Position numbers and translations under genes: made by a program
Shown: piece after piece, positions 21,695 to 33,933 of the stretch
How the letters are laid out: the number at the start of each line of letters is the position of its first letter
Position numbering within the stretch: the first letter of the stretch is position 1
DNA from: Pelagomonas calceolata
Taxonomy: Eukaryota
Length of the DNA: 64,000 bases
Reading direction: 5' to 3'
NCBI GenBank assembly: GCA_918797485.1
Contig: CAKKNE010000002.1
Coordinates: 1,860,001-1,924,000 of the forward strand
The notes under the pieces: generated by a model
Databases searched by the model: none
Seen by the model: the letters and a program-made list of their open reading frames with translations, nothing else
Told to the model about the DNA's origin: nothing

Positions 21695-23019
21695 ATGGGG
21701 CTGCCACCATGCCGCGCGCTGCTCTACCTCACGACCGCGGCGACGGCGCAGAACCTGATCCACTACGCGGCGCCGGGCGGGAGCACCGGAATCACGAGGG
21801 AGAGCGGCCGCGCGCGCGTCAACATCGCCGTGTCGCCGCACCACGTCAGGCCCACCTTCCGCAAGCCCTTCTACCAGAAGCCGAAGACGGACCCGGCCTC
21901 GCTCAAGAAGGCTTGTAAAGCGTCCATCAAGGAGGCCTGGCGGCCCAAGACCCAGAAGGTCGGATATACCTACCACAAGAACGCCTGCTCTCGCGACGCG
22001 CGCGCGTCGCAACGGCGCACGTGGCAGCCCGCGAGATGTCCCCACGTCACGCCATCAACGGCTAAAAAGTGCCTCGCGAAGAAGAATATTACCAGAATCG
22101 TTTTGATCGGCGACTCGCTGACGATGCAGCTCTGGGGCTCGCTGCTGTGCCGCGAGGAGACGAAGTGGGGCTTCGGTGCGAAAGTTGATGGCCAGATACA
22201 ACATGAAAATGTGAACTACGACCAGCGGAGCCAGCGGGGGTTTTCGGTTGCCGATGCCACGGTGGGAGACGGTCTGACGTGGACCTATTTACGAGTAAGG
22301 GGCATGCAAAGAGCCGGGGCGTTGACGCGAGCTTTAGAAGTGGCGTTCGACCGGGGGATGTTGGATCAGAGGGCACTGTACGTCGTGAACGCGGGTTTGT
22401 GGCACCTGCTCTGCACCACCAATATAAATGAGTGCCTGGAGACGTACGAGAACGACGTAGACAAGTTCCTGAAGGTGCTCACCGCGCGCGCCGACGGCCC
22501 GGTCGTCTGGCGCTACACGACGGCCGTGCATCCGGCCCTGTTCCCGCGGCGCATGAGTCCCGTGGATCAGCGGAAGTTCCGGAGTTTCACGGACGAGAAC
22601 GTGCGCAGCTGTGTAGAAATCAACCAGTGAGTTATGTTATCGCCATCGAGCCGACGCGATCGCGGCGACAACGTCGCGTCGATGGCCTGAACTCCACGCC
22701 ATCGAGCAGACGCAGTTACGGAGACGACATCGCGTCGATGGCGTGGGGCGCCCGAAATTTGATTTTCACACAGGTGCGGCGCCTCAACAAGGTCGCAGAC
22801 ACCGTCATCAGGCGCGACTTCCGCGACAAAGTAACCGTCCGTCGCGACGCGTACAACTTCACGGTGAATCTCGAGGACGAGGCCTATCTTAGAGGAGACG
22901 CGCGGCACCCTGCGTCGGGAGCGCTCAAGTCCCTCGTCTCGTTGCTATTCGTCGAGGACGCGTGCGACTACGGGCGCCTCGCGCGCGGCCTCGTGGGTCG
23001 ATGGTGGCAGGACTGGTAG
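21695..23019 (+). CDS. Secreted SGNH/PC-esterase (TBL-like) family protein; exons 21695-22600 and 22774-23019
   Basis: Signal peptide, WQPARC, IVLIGDS and VNAGLWH. The DARHP (DxxH) motif lies in the exon after the Introner. The splice junction reads EN|VRRLN. Confidence 0.8.
22601..22773 (+). mobile_element. Introner, 173-nt intron
   Basis: TIRs CTGTGTAGAAATCAA (22609) and TTGATTTTCACACAG (ends 22773). Degenerate TSD GTGCGCAG/GTGCGGCG. Internal CGCGTCGATGGCGTGG motif. Confidence 0.9.
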
Positions 23020-23070
23020 TTAGTGCGCTTGTGTAAATGTATTATATTCACTCGCGTGGACTCGTTTGTA

Positions 23071-23095
23071 CTAGCGCATTGTGAGACACTAGCAA
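23071..23095 (-). promoter_or_regulatory. Recurrent upstream motif copy
   Basis: CTAGCGCATTGTGAGACACTAGCAA (motif in reverse orientation). Confidence 0.55.
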
Positions 23096-23285
23096 TCGAG
23101 CACAGGTCCTTTGCACCCGGTGACCCGCAGCCGCTACCGGCACCGGTATCCATCCGCAGACCACGCACATAGGTTAGCGGCAGCGCTTGCGCCAGAGGAA
23201 AAGCCGTGAAAACGAGTGCCACACATAAATAAGTGTGTGCCATAAATACTTGTGTGCCTGCTGCACGCTGCCACGCTCAGCATTT

Positions 23286-23546
23286 ATGCAAATAGACGCG
23301 CTCTGGTGCGCCTCCATCGCCGCGCTGCTGGCACCGTTCACGTCGCTGCTCGTCGCCCACCGCACGAAGACCGGGAACCCGCCGACGCCGCTCACGGAGC
23401 AACTCGTGGCCGCGATCTACCGGCGCGCGGGCGGCTACGGGTTAGCAGCACTTCCGTTCCTCACGATCACGACGGGCTACGTCTACGTGTCGTCGCTCGA
23501 CGCGTTCTTCAAAAGAGTGCGGCAACAATGGAGTCCGACAACCTGA
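23286..23546 (+). CDS. Small (86 aa) two-TM hypothetical protein overlapping the TBC start
   Basis: ATG at 23286, strong GC3 codon bias and two hydrophobic segments. Ends 19 nt inside the TBC ORF in another frame. Confidence 0.5.
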   Translation: MQIDALWCASIAALLAPFTSLLVAHRTKTGNPPTPLTEQLVAAIYRRAGGYGLAALPFLTITTGYVYVSSLDAFFKRVRQQWSPTT

Positions 23547-25171
23547 AGGCCTTCGCTGCGAAGGTCAGGCGATCGTGGGCGGCTAGCAAGCCAAAACGCG
23601 ACGCCGCGGCGCAGCGGCTGCGCCAGTCGGCCGAGGAGTTCTCGGTGATTGTCGCGGACAGCGCGTCGGCGGCCGCCGCGTCCGCCAAGCGCAGCTGGGC
23701 CGAGGGCGCGCCGGCGCGCGCCGAGGCGGCGGCGCAGCTCCGGCGCACGGCGAGCGAGACGGTCGTGGCGATGGAGCGCGGCGCGCAGCAGCTCGCGCGC
23801 GCGGCGCAGGCGGCGCGGGACGCGCGGCGGCGGGCGCGGAGCAGCCAGGTGCCGCCACGGCCGAGCGTCGCAGGGCGCCCCGCCGGCGCGGCGAAGACCG
23901 CGGCTGTTCTCAGGTTACGCCAGCGCAAGGGCGGCAACCGCCGCGGCGGCGGCGAGGCGCGGGGCGCGGACTACGCGCTGAACCTGTTAGCGTATGTCGG
24001 CACGTTCGAGGGCATTGCCTCCGCGCGGAGCGTCTGCCGCGGCTGGTACCGAATTCTGGCCGCCGACGCGCGGGCGCAGGACCTGCGGCGCTTCGTCGCG
24101 CGGCACGGTTCCGTGACGCCGAAAGCGCGGCGGGCCTTGTGGCTAGAGTCCTGCCGGCTGTCGCCTTGCAACGTGGTCGACGCGGGCCTGCGGGACGCCT
24201 ACGCCGACGCCGCGCGCCGCGGGCAGGAGGGCGAGTGGTGCGAGGCGATCGACACGGACGTGCCGCGGACGCCATTGGTGTTGTTGGCCGGTATCGAGCG
24301 CAGTACGCTCGCGTCGGTGCTGCGCGCTGTCGCGTTCCGGCGGCCCGACGTCGGCTATTGCCAGGGCATGGACTACGTCGCCGCCATCGTTTTAAGAGCA
24401 TTGCGCGAGGGCGGCGATTCCGAGGACGACGCGCCGCCGCGCGCGTTCGCCATGCTGGCGTGCCTGCTCGCGCGCGACGGCATGCTGCGCGGGCTGTACA
24501 CGCCAGGCTTTCCCGAGGTGCGGCGGCGGTCCTACGCGCTGTCGACGCTCCTCGCGGCGACGCGGCCCGAGCTCTCGGCGCACCTCGAGAGGATCGGCGC
24601 GTGCGTCGAGGTCGCGGCCTTTGCCCCGTGGCTCCAGACGGCGTTCGGCTACCACGCCGGCGAGGCCTGGCCGTATGAACTCGTTGCTCGAGCATGGGAC
24701 GTGTTCCTGGTCGAGCGGCACTGGAAGGTGTTTGCGCGCCTCGCGTTATATGTGGTGATCGTGCTGCCCGACGGCGGCCCGCTGGAAGAGGTGATGCCGC
24801 TCATGCAGCGCCTGGAGCACGTCAAGCTGGGGGCCGACGCTGATGCTGACGCGTCGCGGTTCGTGCTGGAGCGCGCGCTCGACCTCAAGGTCACGCGGGC
24901 GATGCTCGACGCGCTCGGCGACGAGTTCGAGGCGCTCACGGCGCCGGCCGCGCCCGCGTCGCCGCCGCCGTCCCAGCCATCCAGCCCGCCGCCGCCGCGA
25001 AGGGTCTCGAAGCCTCCGCTTCATGCTATCCCCGCCGCGCCGCAGTACTCCGTCCCGCCCCGCTCGAACCCGCCGCCGCGGACGGACGCGCCCGCGCGGC
25101 GAGACGTCCGGCGGCCGTCGCGGGCCCGAGCTTCGGGGCCGCCGTCGCCGCCGCCTTTCACTGATCTATGA
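23528..25171 (+). CDS. Rab-GAP TBC domain protein
   Basis: IDTDVPRT (IxxDxxR), GYCQGMDY (YxQ) and RAWDVFL, with a Pro-rich tail. Likely ATG at 23528. Confidence 0.88.
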   Translation: MESDNLKAFAAKVRRSWAASKPKRDAAAQRLRQSAEEFSVIVADSASAAAASAKRSWAEGAPARAEAAAQLRRTASETVVAMERGAQQLARAAQAARDARRRARSSQVPPRPSVAGRPAGAAKTAAVLRLRQRKGGNRRGGGEARGADYALNLLAYVGTFEGIASARSVCRGWYRILAADARAQDLRRFVARHGSVTPKARRALWLESCRLSPCNVVDAGLRDAYADAARRGQEGEWCEAIDTDVPRTPLVLLAGIERSTLASVLRAVAFRRPDVGYCQGMDYVAAIVLRALREGGDSEDDAPPRAFAMLACLLARDGMLRGLYTPGFPEVRRRSYALSTLLAATRPELSAHLERIGACVEVAAFAPWLQTAFGYHAGEAWPYELVARAWDVFLVERHWKVFARLALYVVIVLPDGGPLEEVMPLMQRLEHVKLGADADADASRFVLERALDLKVTRAMLDALGDEFEALTAPAAPASPPPSQPSSPPPPRRVSKPPLHAIPAAPQYSVPPRSNPPPRTDAPARRDVRRPSRARASGPPSPPPFTDL

Positions 25172-25400
25172 GTAAATTTGTGCCTATGAACTAAGAAACC
25201 CCCTCACAAAGCTCCTCGCGCCTCGAAACCCGTTTTGACTAAGATTTGCGCGGCGCGCGCCCGCGCGCGTGTTGGGCAGCCCAAACGCTATTTGGAGCGG
25301 ACTGGCGACACGTGTTTGACTGCCGAACAAATACTTTCACCGCGCTCTACGCTTGCGCCCGGAAGCTGGCCGTTCAAAGCATCGGGCAGCCTCTAACACC

Positions 25401-26519
25401 ATGAAGCCCGACGACGCGCCCGTCGACGATCTCCTCGCATTGATCCGAAATTGTCTCGGAGACGCTGCCCAGGGCTGCGCATCGGAGCTCAGGACTCAAG
25501 GCGTGCAAGGCGTCGATGACTGGTCGATCCTCGAGACCGCGGGCGAACAACACTGTCTTGACGTCCTCGCGGCTGTCGCCACGAAGCACTCGTTGAACGC
25601 CGTACAGGTCGCGCGCCTGCGCGTCGCACTGCGGGGGCAGGGGCAGCGGTTCGCCGCGCCGCGCTGCGACGCGGCACCGGTCAAGGACGGCCTCCGACTA
25701 CCCATCGGGCAGGCGTTCCGTCGGTTCACGCTCGGTAACCTGCTGGAGATGATGTTTCTCTTCAGCAATAGGCCGGGCTGGTACCGCGCCGTGTTCGACG
25801 CGCTGGACGGCTACCGCCTCCGGGAGGCCTACTTCGAGAGCTGCCAGATATTTATGTTGGTGTCGGCTCTTCTGATGGGCGGTAATTTGACCCTCATCAC
25901 CTACGATCTCGGTCGGGACCAGACGCGAGGGCCGCCATTGCACATCATCTGCCTCACGCTCAACCTCTTCGCCTTCTTTTGTGGCTTCTGCGCCGTCCTG
26001 TTCCAACTGTACGCGCTGCACGCGTACCTGCCCGTCCACGTCGACAATTTGCGGGACGTGTTGCGAGCGAGTCGCATGCTACCAATGACGGGAGGCCTCT
26101 ACTTCGGGCTGTCGGCATGGGGCATTTTCCTCGGTCTCGTGTGCGAGAGTATGCGCCCCCTTGAGGGCCTCAACTTCTGGCTGTTTAGGGTGAGGGACTT
26201 TGGGTGGGGCTGGCGCATCGTGCCTCTGCTGGCGATGGGTGTCTGCTTCGTTACGGTCCAGATCCCGTTCTTCATTCAAATATCCGGGGTGGATCGAATC
26301 ATCGCGCACTCCGGCGCACTTGGGGAGAGGCAAGTATTACCGAACGAGGCCGTCGCCTGGTCCGCGTCGACGACGAAGCGGTCTCTGGCGGCCGTCGCCC
26401 TGAGCGAACAGAACAGAGACCTTGAGGAGCTGTACGTGCGTCGCCGGCGCGCGCCGCCCGCCGGCGACGCGGCGCCATCGCCCAGGCGCGGCGCACGACT
26501 GATGCCCAAGGCCCGTTAA
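25401..26519 (+). CDS. Hypothetical multi-pass membrane protein
   Basis: ATG at 25401, about 4 hydrophobic helices and coding-like codon use. Confidence 0.7.
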   Translation: MKPDDAPVDDLLALIRNCLGDAAQGCASELRTQGVQGVDDWSILETAGEQHCLDVLAAVATKHSLNAVQVARLRVALRGQGQRFAAPRCDAAPVKDGLRLPIGQAFRRFTLGNLLEMMFLFSNRPGWYRAVFDALDGYRLREAYFESCQIFMLVSALLMGGNLTLITYDLGRDQTRGPPLHIICLTLNLFAFFCGFCAVLFQLYALHAYLPVHVDNLRDVLRASRMLPMTGGLYFGLSAWGIFLGLVCESMRPLEGLNFWLFRVRDFGWGWRIVPLLAMGVCFVTVQIPFFIQISGVDRIIAHSGALGERQVLPNEAVAWSASTTKRSLAAVALSEQNRDLEELYVRRRRAPPAGDAAPSPRRGARLMPKAR

Positions 26520-26533
26520 TGATCTTCAAAATC

Positions 26534-28507
26534 TTAGCACCTCCCTCTCGCCACCCGCCGCGTGGCCCGCATGAACTCGTTCATCTTCAGCTCGGCGGCC
26601 TTGCGGTCGCGGCGTCGCAGCTTTCGGCGCAGCGCGGCGCGCAGGATACAGCGCGTCAGGTGCGTCTCCGCGTCGCGATCGTCGACGGAGTCGCGCGCGA
26701 GCGCCTCTGTGACCGCGGCGACCGAGGGGCCCCGTCGCTGCGGCGCCGACGGCGGTTCGGCGGCCGGGGGCTCGGCGCGGCGCAGGGGCGATGTGGCCAC
26801 CTCGGCGCGGCGCGGCGACGGCGCGTGCTCGGCGCGGCGCGGCGGCGACCGCGGCGGCGACGCGGCCACCGGAGCGGCCACCGGAGCGGCGCGCGGCGGC
26901 ATCTCGGGCGGCGGGAGCGGCCGGGGCGGCGCGTCGGCGCCGCCCGCTCGAGCTCGGGCGCCGCCCAGGCCCGGCACGGTCGAGCGCGGGGACCAGGCCG
27001 CCACCGCCGTCGCGCGGGGCGGCGATGCCTCTCGCGCGGTCGGCCGCGGCGGCTCCGCACCGGCGGCCGGCGAGAGCTGCGGCGCCGGCCGCGGCGCCGG
27101 CGGCTCGCAGCCCGTGTCGGGCGCCATGGGCGGCCGCTCGGACGCGACGGCGTCGACGGCGCCGGCGGCGCGCGGCCGCGCCTCGAAGTCGCGCGCGAGC
27201 GCGTCGACGCGCGCCGCGAGCGCCTCGATCGCCGCCGAGTTTTGCTCCGGCACCGCTCGTTCTCTGCTCTCCGCGAAGGCGTCGATGCGGTCGGCCAGCG
27301 CGCGCAGGCCCGCCTCGACGGCGGCGCCGTCGAACGCCGCGGGCGCCGCGTCGCGCGCCGCGCTTCTGACGGCCGGGCCGCCCCCGGCCGCGTCCACCGC
27401 CGACCGCCGGGGCGCCGCGGGCGGCGGCCCCGCAGCGTCGCGAGCCCCGTCGGGCAGGGCGAGGGCGCTCAAAGGCGGCGGCCCCGCAGCGTCGGGGAGG
27501 ACGAGGGCGCTCTGCGCGTCGTCCCAGAAGGCTCGCGGGAACGTCGGCTCCGCGCGGCGGCGCCGCTCGGCGGCGTCGCAGTCGCGCTCGGCGCGCGTCC
27601 GCGCCGCGCGCGCGCCCGCGAGCGCCGCCTCGAGCCGCGCCGTCCCGGGCGAGGGGCCCCCGACCACAGGCAGGCGCGGCGGCGACGCGACCGTGGACGT
27701 CGCGTAGGACGACGGCCGCGTCACGTCCTGGTCGGTCGACGACGACGAGTCGGCACGCCCATCCCTCCGATCCAGCGCCGCGAAGAGCTCCCGCGACCGT
27801 TTTTCGGACTCGCGCAAGGCGTCGATCTTCCGCGCCAGCTCGTCGGCCGTCTCATCTAACGCGCGCCGCGCCGCCGCGGCGTCCTCGTCTTCTTCATTAT
27901 CGGACCGCGGCGGCGTCGCGTTTTGTGCGAGCGCTTGCACTGCGGTCCTCGCATTGTCGGAACAGCACAACAAACTGCTCAGCTGCGCGTCGCCTTCCAA
28001 CGTAAAGCGCACGTGGCGCTCCTTCGTCAGATCCAACGCAGAAGGGAGGTCCCACAAATGAAACTCGCCGGCCGAGGCGTCGGGCGTTCTGAGCGTCGCC
28101 AGGACTCGGTACGCGTCGCCGTCGCTTGACGCTTCGACCGTCGCTTGTACAGGCGCGTGGCCCGGCGCGCAGCGCCAGCCGACGCTCCTTACAAAATCGG
28201 CGCCGAACCCTAATCGAGGGGCGCCCGCCGCGCTGAGCCTCAGGGCCACGCGCGCCGCCTTCGCGCCGCGCCGCGCGCGCCACACGAGGTCCCGGCTCTC
28301 GTAGAGCAAGTTCTCGGCCTCGCAGCCCGCGGCCTCCGACGAGCACGCTATAATTCGTGCGCCGACGAAGGCCGACGCGAGGTTCGTCGAGCGGCCTTGT
28401 ACCGGCAGGGGGGACTGGGACGGCTCCGAACTGAGCACGGTCATTGGGTCGTAGCGCTGCGTGCCCGGCGTGACCGCGCTCGAGGCGAGACTGCTTCGGG
28501 CTCGCAT
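26534..28507 (-). CDS. Hypothetical protein: N-terminal galactose-binding-like beta-sandwich, coiled coil and Pro/Ala-rich region
   Basis: NLASAFVGARIIACSSE...AENLL...W pattern and a long ORF. The start codon is uncertain. Confidence 0.6.
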   Translation of the reverse strand: MRARSSLASSAVTPGTQRYDPMTVLSSEPSQSPLPVQGRSTNLASAFVGARIIACSSEAAGCEAENLLYESRDLVWRARRGAKAARVALRLSAAGAPRLGFGADFVRSVGWRCAPGHAPVQATVEASSDGDAYRVLATLRTPDASAGEFHLWDLPSALDLTKERHVRFTLEGDAQLSSLLCCSDNARTAVQALAQNATPPRSDNEEDEDAAAARRALDETADELARKIDALRESEKRSRELFAALDRRDGRADSSSSTDQDVTRPSSYATSTVASPPRLPVVGGPSPGTARLEAALAGARAARTRAERDCDAAERRRRAEPTFPRAFWDDAQSALVLPDAAGPPPLSALALPDGARDAAGPPPAAPRRSAVDAAGGGPAVRSAARDAAPAAFDGAAVEAGLRALADRIDAFAESRERAVPEQNSAAIEALAARVDALARDFEARPRAAGAVDAVASERPPMAPDTGCEPPAPRPAPQLSPAAGAEPPRPTAREASPPRATAVAAWSPRSTVPGLGGARARAGGADAPPRPLPPPEMPPRAAPVAAPVAASPPRSPPRRAEHAPSPRRAEVATSPLRRAEPPAAEPPSAPQRRGPSVAAVTEALARDSVDDRDAETHLTRCILRAALRRKLRRRDRKAAELKMNEFMRATRRVARGRC

Positions 28508-28845
28508 GTTTGTGTCCTTAGTAGTGATCGGCACGGCTTCTCTCGCGGATTGAGCCCTGCTCACAGGCTAAACCGGTCAGTGAGCTACCTTCTGACGATT
28601 TATGGGCAGCCACAATGACGGCTGTGGCGCGTAGCAGGCGAAAAAGCTGTGGGCAAACGTGCAAGAAACCCGTGCAAAGGCAGGAGTACACGACGAAAGA
28701 GTATGTGACACGGCGTTGTCCCGTCAGAAAACGAGCCGTCCCGCACGCCGTCGACGAGAAAATGAACTTGCACTTTTAGACAGGGGCGGCCACGCGCGGC
28801 TCCGGACGGAGGCGCGGGTGCGAGGGAAAACCGACCACGGGGCGT

Positions 28846-30409
<1,564 letters not shown>

Positions 30410-31202
30410 CTGTGTGGTGTTTTTGTTATTTGTGCGTGCGTGCGTCGTACGCGCGGCGCGTGGTCGCGGTGGGTCGTACGCTCGACGCGCGCGCAATTGC
30501 CCGCAGCGCGCCGCCCGTGGCGTCGGGTGCGCCGTCGGTGCAATTTTTTCGCGTCTTCTTTGTGTGATTGTCGCTTGCGTTGCAGCGCGCGCTGTTGCGA
30601 TGCAACGCGGCTGGAAGTTGCAACGCATGCGCACAGTAGTGCCTCTGCGTGCGTTGATTCGGCCGATAGGCGATGAATTTGCTTTTTGCCTTGCGCTCGT
30701 TGCATTAGCACGCGCGCGCCTCGGTCTGCAGTTTAAGGCGTCTTGTTACTCCACGCTGCTAAATGCCTGAGCCATGGTTGCAATGTAGTGTTAGTCCTGC
30801 GACAATTGGCAGACGACACGTCGAACTCACCGATGTCTGCCGACGGCCGCCTCCGCCCGTTTGCAGCCGTGGGCGCGCTCTTCAAGAGCCCTCCAGACCG
30901 ATAGGCCCAGTTCCAGGACATTTGTCTATTATCGCGCGGGTTTCTCGACCTGCGAAACCGATTTGGATTTCAGGCCCGTTCCAAGGCCGTGAGTGACCTT
31001 AGAACGCAGTGAACATCTTCCCGATACCTTCGGACAGCGCTCGAAACGAACCGAAGCCGACGCGCCGGTCAGCGCCGCAAAATCGACCTAGCCTCAGGCT
31101 GCCCGCACAGCCCGCGTTCACGCCGGACGCAAAAAACAGGAGCTGAACGCCCCCGCCGCAGCGCCTGCACAGCGCAAGCAAAAACAGGATCGAACGCAAA
31201 CT

Positions 31203-31724
31203 ATGGCCGCCGTCGTGAACCTCCGCCCCGTCAAGGACGACGCCCCCGTAGTACCTGTGCGCAAGGGCAGCGCGTCATTGGGCCACATCAAGGAGAAGCG
31301 CGCCGACGGGAGGGAACCGTGGGACCCGGCACCCGTCGAGATCGTGAAGAAGAGGCGCATCGCCTGGCCTGGCGGTAAAATATCCTCGAACAAGGACGAG
31401 GCGCTCCTGATGTACTTCAGCAAGAAGCTCGCGCGCGGCGAAACCCTGACCGACGCGCAGAAGACGGCATTCGCCCACGCGACCAAGGGCACGCGCTTCG
31501 AGGGTTTATCTGAAGAAGACGCGATGGCCCTCGCGGCGGCCGAGGCGCCCGCGCGTGAACCGGAGCCTGTTGAGGCGCCGCCGCCGAAGAAGGCCAAGAA
31601 GCAGCCGAAGGGCAAAGGTGGCAAGGGGGGCCGGGGCCGCGGGCGCGGCCGCGGAAAAGGTCGCGGGACGAGGCGCCCCGAGCTCACGGCGCGCATCGAC
31701 TCGGGCCTCTCCACCGGGCGGTGA
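31203..31724 (+). CDS. Small basic protein with GR-repeat tail (possible RNA-binding/nuclear)
   Basis: 173-aa ATG ORF with KKAKK and GRGRGRGRG. Confidence 0.6.
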   Translation: MAAVVNLRPVKDDAPVVPVRKGSASLGHIKEKRADGREPWDPAPVEIVKKRRIAWPGGKISSNKDEALLMYFSKKLARGETLTDAQKTAFAHATKGTRFEGLSEEDAMALAAAEAPAREPEPVEAPPPKKAKKQPKGKGGKGGRGRGRGRGKGRGTRRPELTARIDSGLSTGR

Positions 31725-31817
31725 TGTTTTTTAATCTTATTTCCTTGTCACACTCGGACGCGGCGGGGCGGGGGGGAATGCCTTCTTCTAGTCTTCTTAC
31801 ACGAGGACGCCGCGCGA

Positions 31818-32626
31818 CTACTTCTTCGGCGCGCCGACGCCGTACGTCGCCGGCTGAGCGATGCCGCGGATGTTGCCGTAGTACTTGGGCTGCGACACGG
31901 TGCCGGGCTTCTTCGCCTCGGCGGCGAGGCGCTCCTTCTCGGCGGCGGCCGCGGCCTTGGCGGCTTCCTTCGCGGCCTTGGCGGCCGCCTTCTCCGCGAG
32001 GATCCGCTCCTTCTCTTGGATGCCCCGGTCTTCGGCGTCCTTGTAGCCCTGCTGCTGGGCCTCGACGTCGAACTTCTTGCGTTCGGCGTCGAAGGCCTCG
32101 CGGAGGGCCTTCTGCGCTTCCGGCGTCTGATCCTTGGGCACGGGCTTGCCCTGCTTCTCCCAGTTCCACATGCCGAGGTAACCGTTCTTGGCCTGGAACG
32201 GTGCGCCGGGCACCAGGACCTCGCCGCCCGCCGGGAAGCCGATGCGCACGATGCCGTCCGTGCCGACGCCGACGCCCTTGTAGACGCCGCCCTCCGCGAC
32301 GGGCGGCGCCGTCAACGTCGACGCCGCGGCGAACAGCACGAGACCCGCCGCGCCGGCGGCGCCCACGGCCGGGAGCGCCGAGAGCGGGTTTTGTCGCGCC
32401 TCGGACACAAAGTCTATGGCCGCGATTTTCAGGTCCTTCGTCGACGGCAGCGCGGGCGCGGACCTGCGGGCGCGGCGCGCGATGAGTTTTCATTCACATT
32501 CAGATAATTGATTTGCGACGCTGGCGGCTGCGGGAGACTAAGCGAGACTTCTCCGACGCCCGGGAGCTGCAAGGCGGTAGCCGACGACGCGCCAAGAGCC
32601 AGCAAAATGTGGCGGCTGGAAGGCAT
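31818..32626 (-). CDS. Putative plastid-targeted single-TM protein; probable intron 32464-32519
   Basis: Signal peptide MPSSRHILLALGASSATALQ. A 56-nt GT..CAG intron joins the two ORFs in frame. TM segment then an A/K/E coiled coil. Confidence 0.65.
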
Positions 32627-32956
32627 TGTGTGTTTTGACGCTGTGCTTTTCGTCTCAGCACAATCTGATAAGCGAGGCGAGCACACGCGGGCTCAGGCGC
32701 ACTACCCAGCGATACTTTCAAGCTAATATCAACAAAAGCAGGTCTGCGTTGGCAGAGGACAAGGAGGCACTGAATAAGAAAAAAAGCAAGGGCACACGCC
32801 CCGCCCGACTCGGCGCTGTTGCGCGCATGACCCGTCTCTGAAAGGCCTCGCTCCGGGCTGAGAAGACGCATGGCTCGTCAAGTCCCGACGCATTTCTAGT
32901 CGCGCGGATCCGCAGTAGTGGAATATAATTACGCGCCGCTTTTTATCTCAAGCGCG

Positions 32957-33933
32957 CTACGTCGCCTTGTCGATGGCCGCCCAGACCTCGTCGAGGCCCT
33001 GGTTCGCGTCGACGCGCGCGACGCATGAAGAGTAGTGCTCGAGGATGGGCACGGTCTGGGCGTGGTAGCCCGCCAGCCGCGTCTTGAGCGCCTCTTCGGT
33101 GTCGTCGGCGCGCTGCATCAATGCTTCCCCCGTCTCGTCGTCCAACATCGTTTCTACGGACGGCGCGGCGCCGCCGAGGGATTTGGGCGGCGCGAATTTG
33201 GCGTGGTAGCTCCGCCCCGAAGCCTTGTGCACCCAGCGGCCGCAGATGCGCTCCGTGAGCACCGCGTCGGGCACTTCCAACGCGACGACGGCGTTCACGC
33301 ATTCTCCTTTTTCCGCGAGGCACCTGCGCGGCGATGGGGTCTCGGTGGAGTCCGGGCACCGGCCCGAGGCGTCGCATCGATGGCGTCGAGGGCGCGAGCG
33401 GTCGCCCTCGCCCCGACGCTCCGATGCCCCGACCGCCGGCGGCTCGAGGGCGCCCCGACGCCGCCGCCGCGACGTCCGGGCGGTGACTCTCACACCCGTA
33501 GCAGGTAAGCTGGACGCCGCGCAACAAACGCGTCCAGCATCTTGGCCTGGTCCACCGTGCGCGGGAAGCCGTCCAATATAAACCCCTTGGAGCAGTCGCT
33601 CTCCTCGATCCTATCTCTGATGATACCGACCACAATATCGTCTCCGACGAGCCCGCCGGCCTCCATGACGGCCTTCGCCTTCTGGCCCACCTCGCTGCCC
33701 GCGGCGACGGCCGCCCTTAACATGTCGCCCGTCGAGAGCTGGGGCGCGCCGAGCTTGTCCACGAGCTTCGGCGCGTGCGTCCCTTTGCCGCTGCCGGGCG
33801 GGCCGAAGAGGATGACGACCTGGCGCGCGTCGCCGCCGCCCGCACTTATCCGCGTCGGCGGCCGCAGGCCCTGGGGTGGCCGGCTGAAGGCCGTGATCGT
33901 CGTGGCAAGCAATGCAATGCTGGGGAGCTGCAT
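32957..33933 (-). CDS. ADK: Adenylate kinase, plastid-targeted; exons 33933-33530 and 33323-32957
   Basis: [38 protein letters not shown] and QRADD. Signal peptide ends TA-F. Confidence 0.93.
33324..33529 (-). other. 206-nt GT-AG intron in ADK, possibly a divergent Introner
   Basis: Removal restores MLDA|CLAEKG. Short imperfect inverted ends (TTGCGCGGCG / CGCCGCGCAG) and an internal ATCGATGGCGT motif. Confidence 0.8.
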
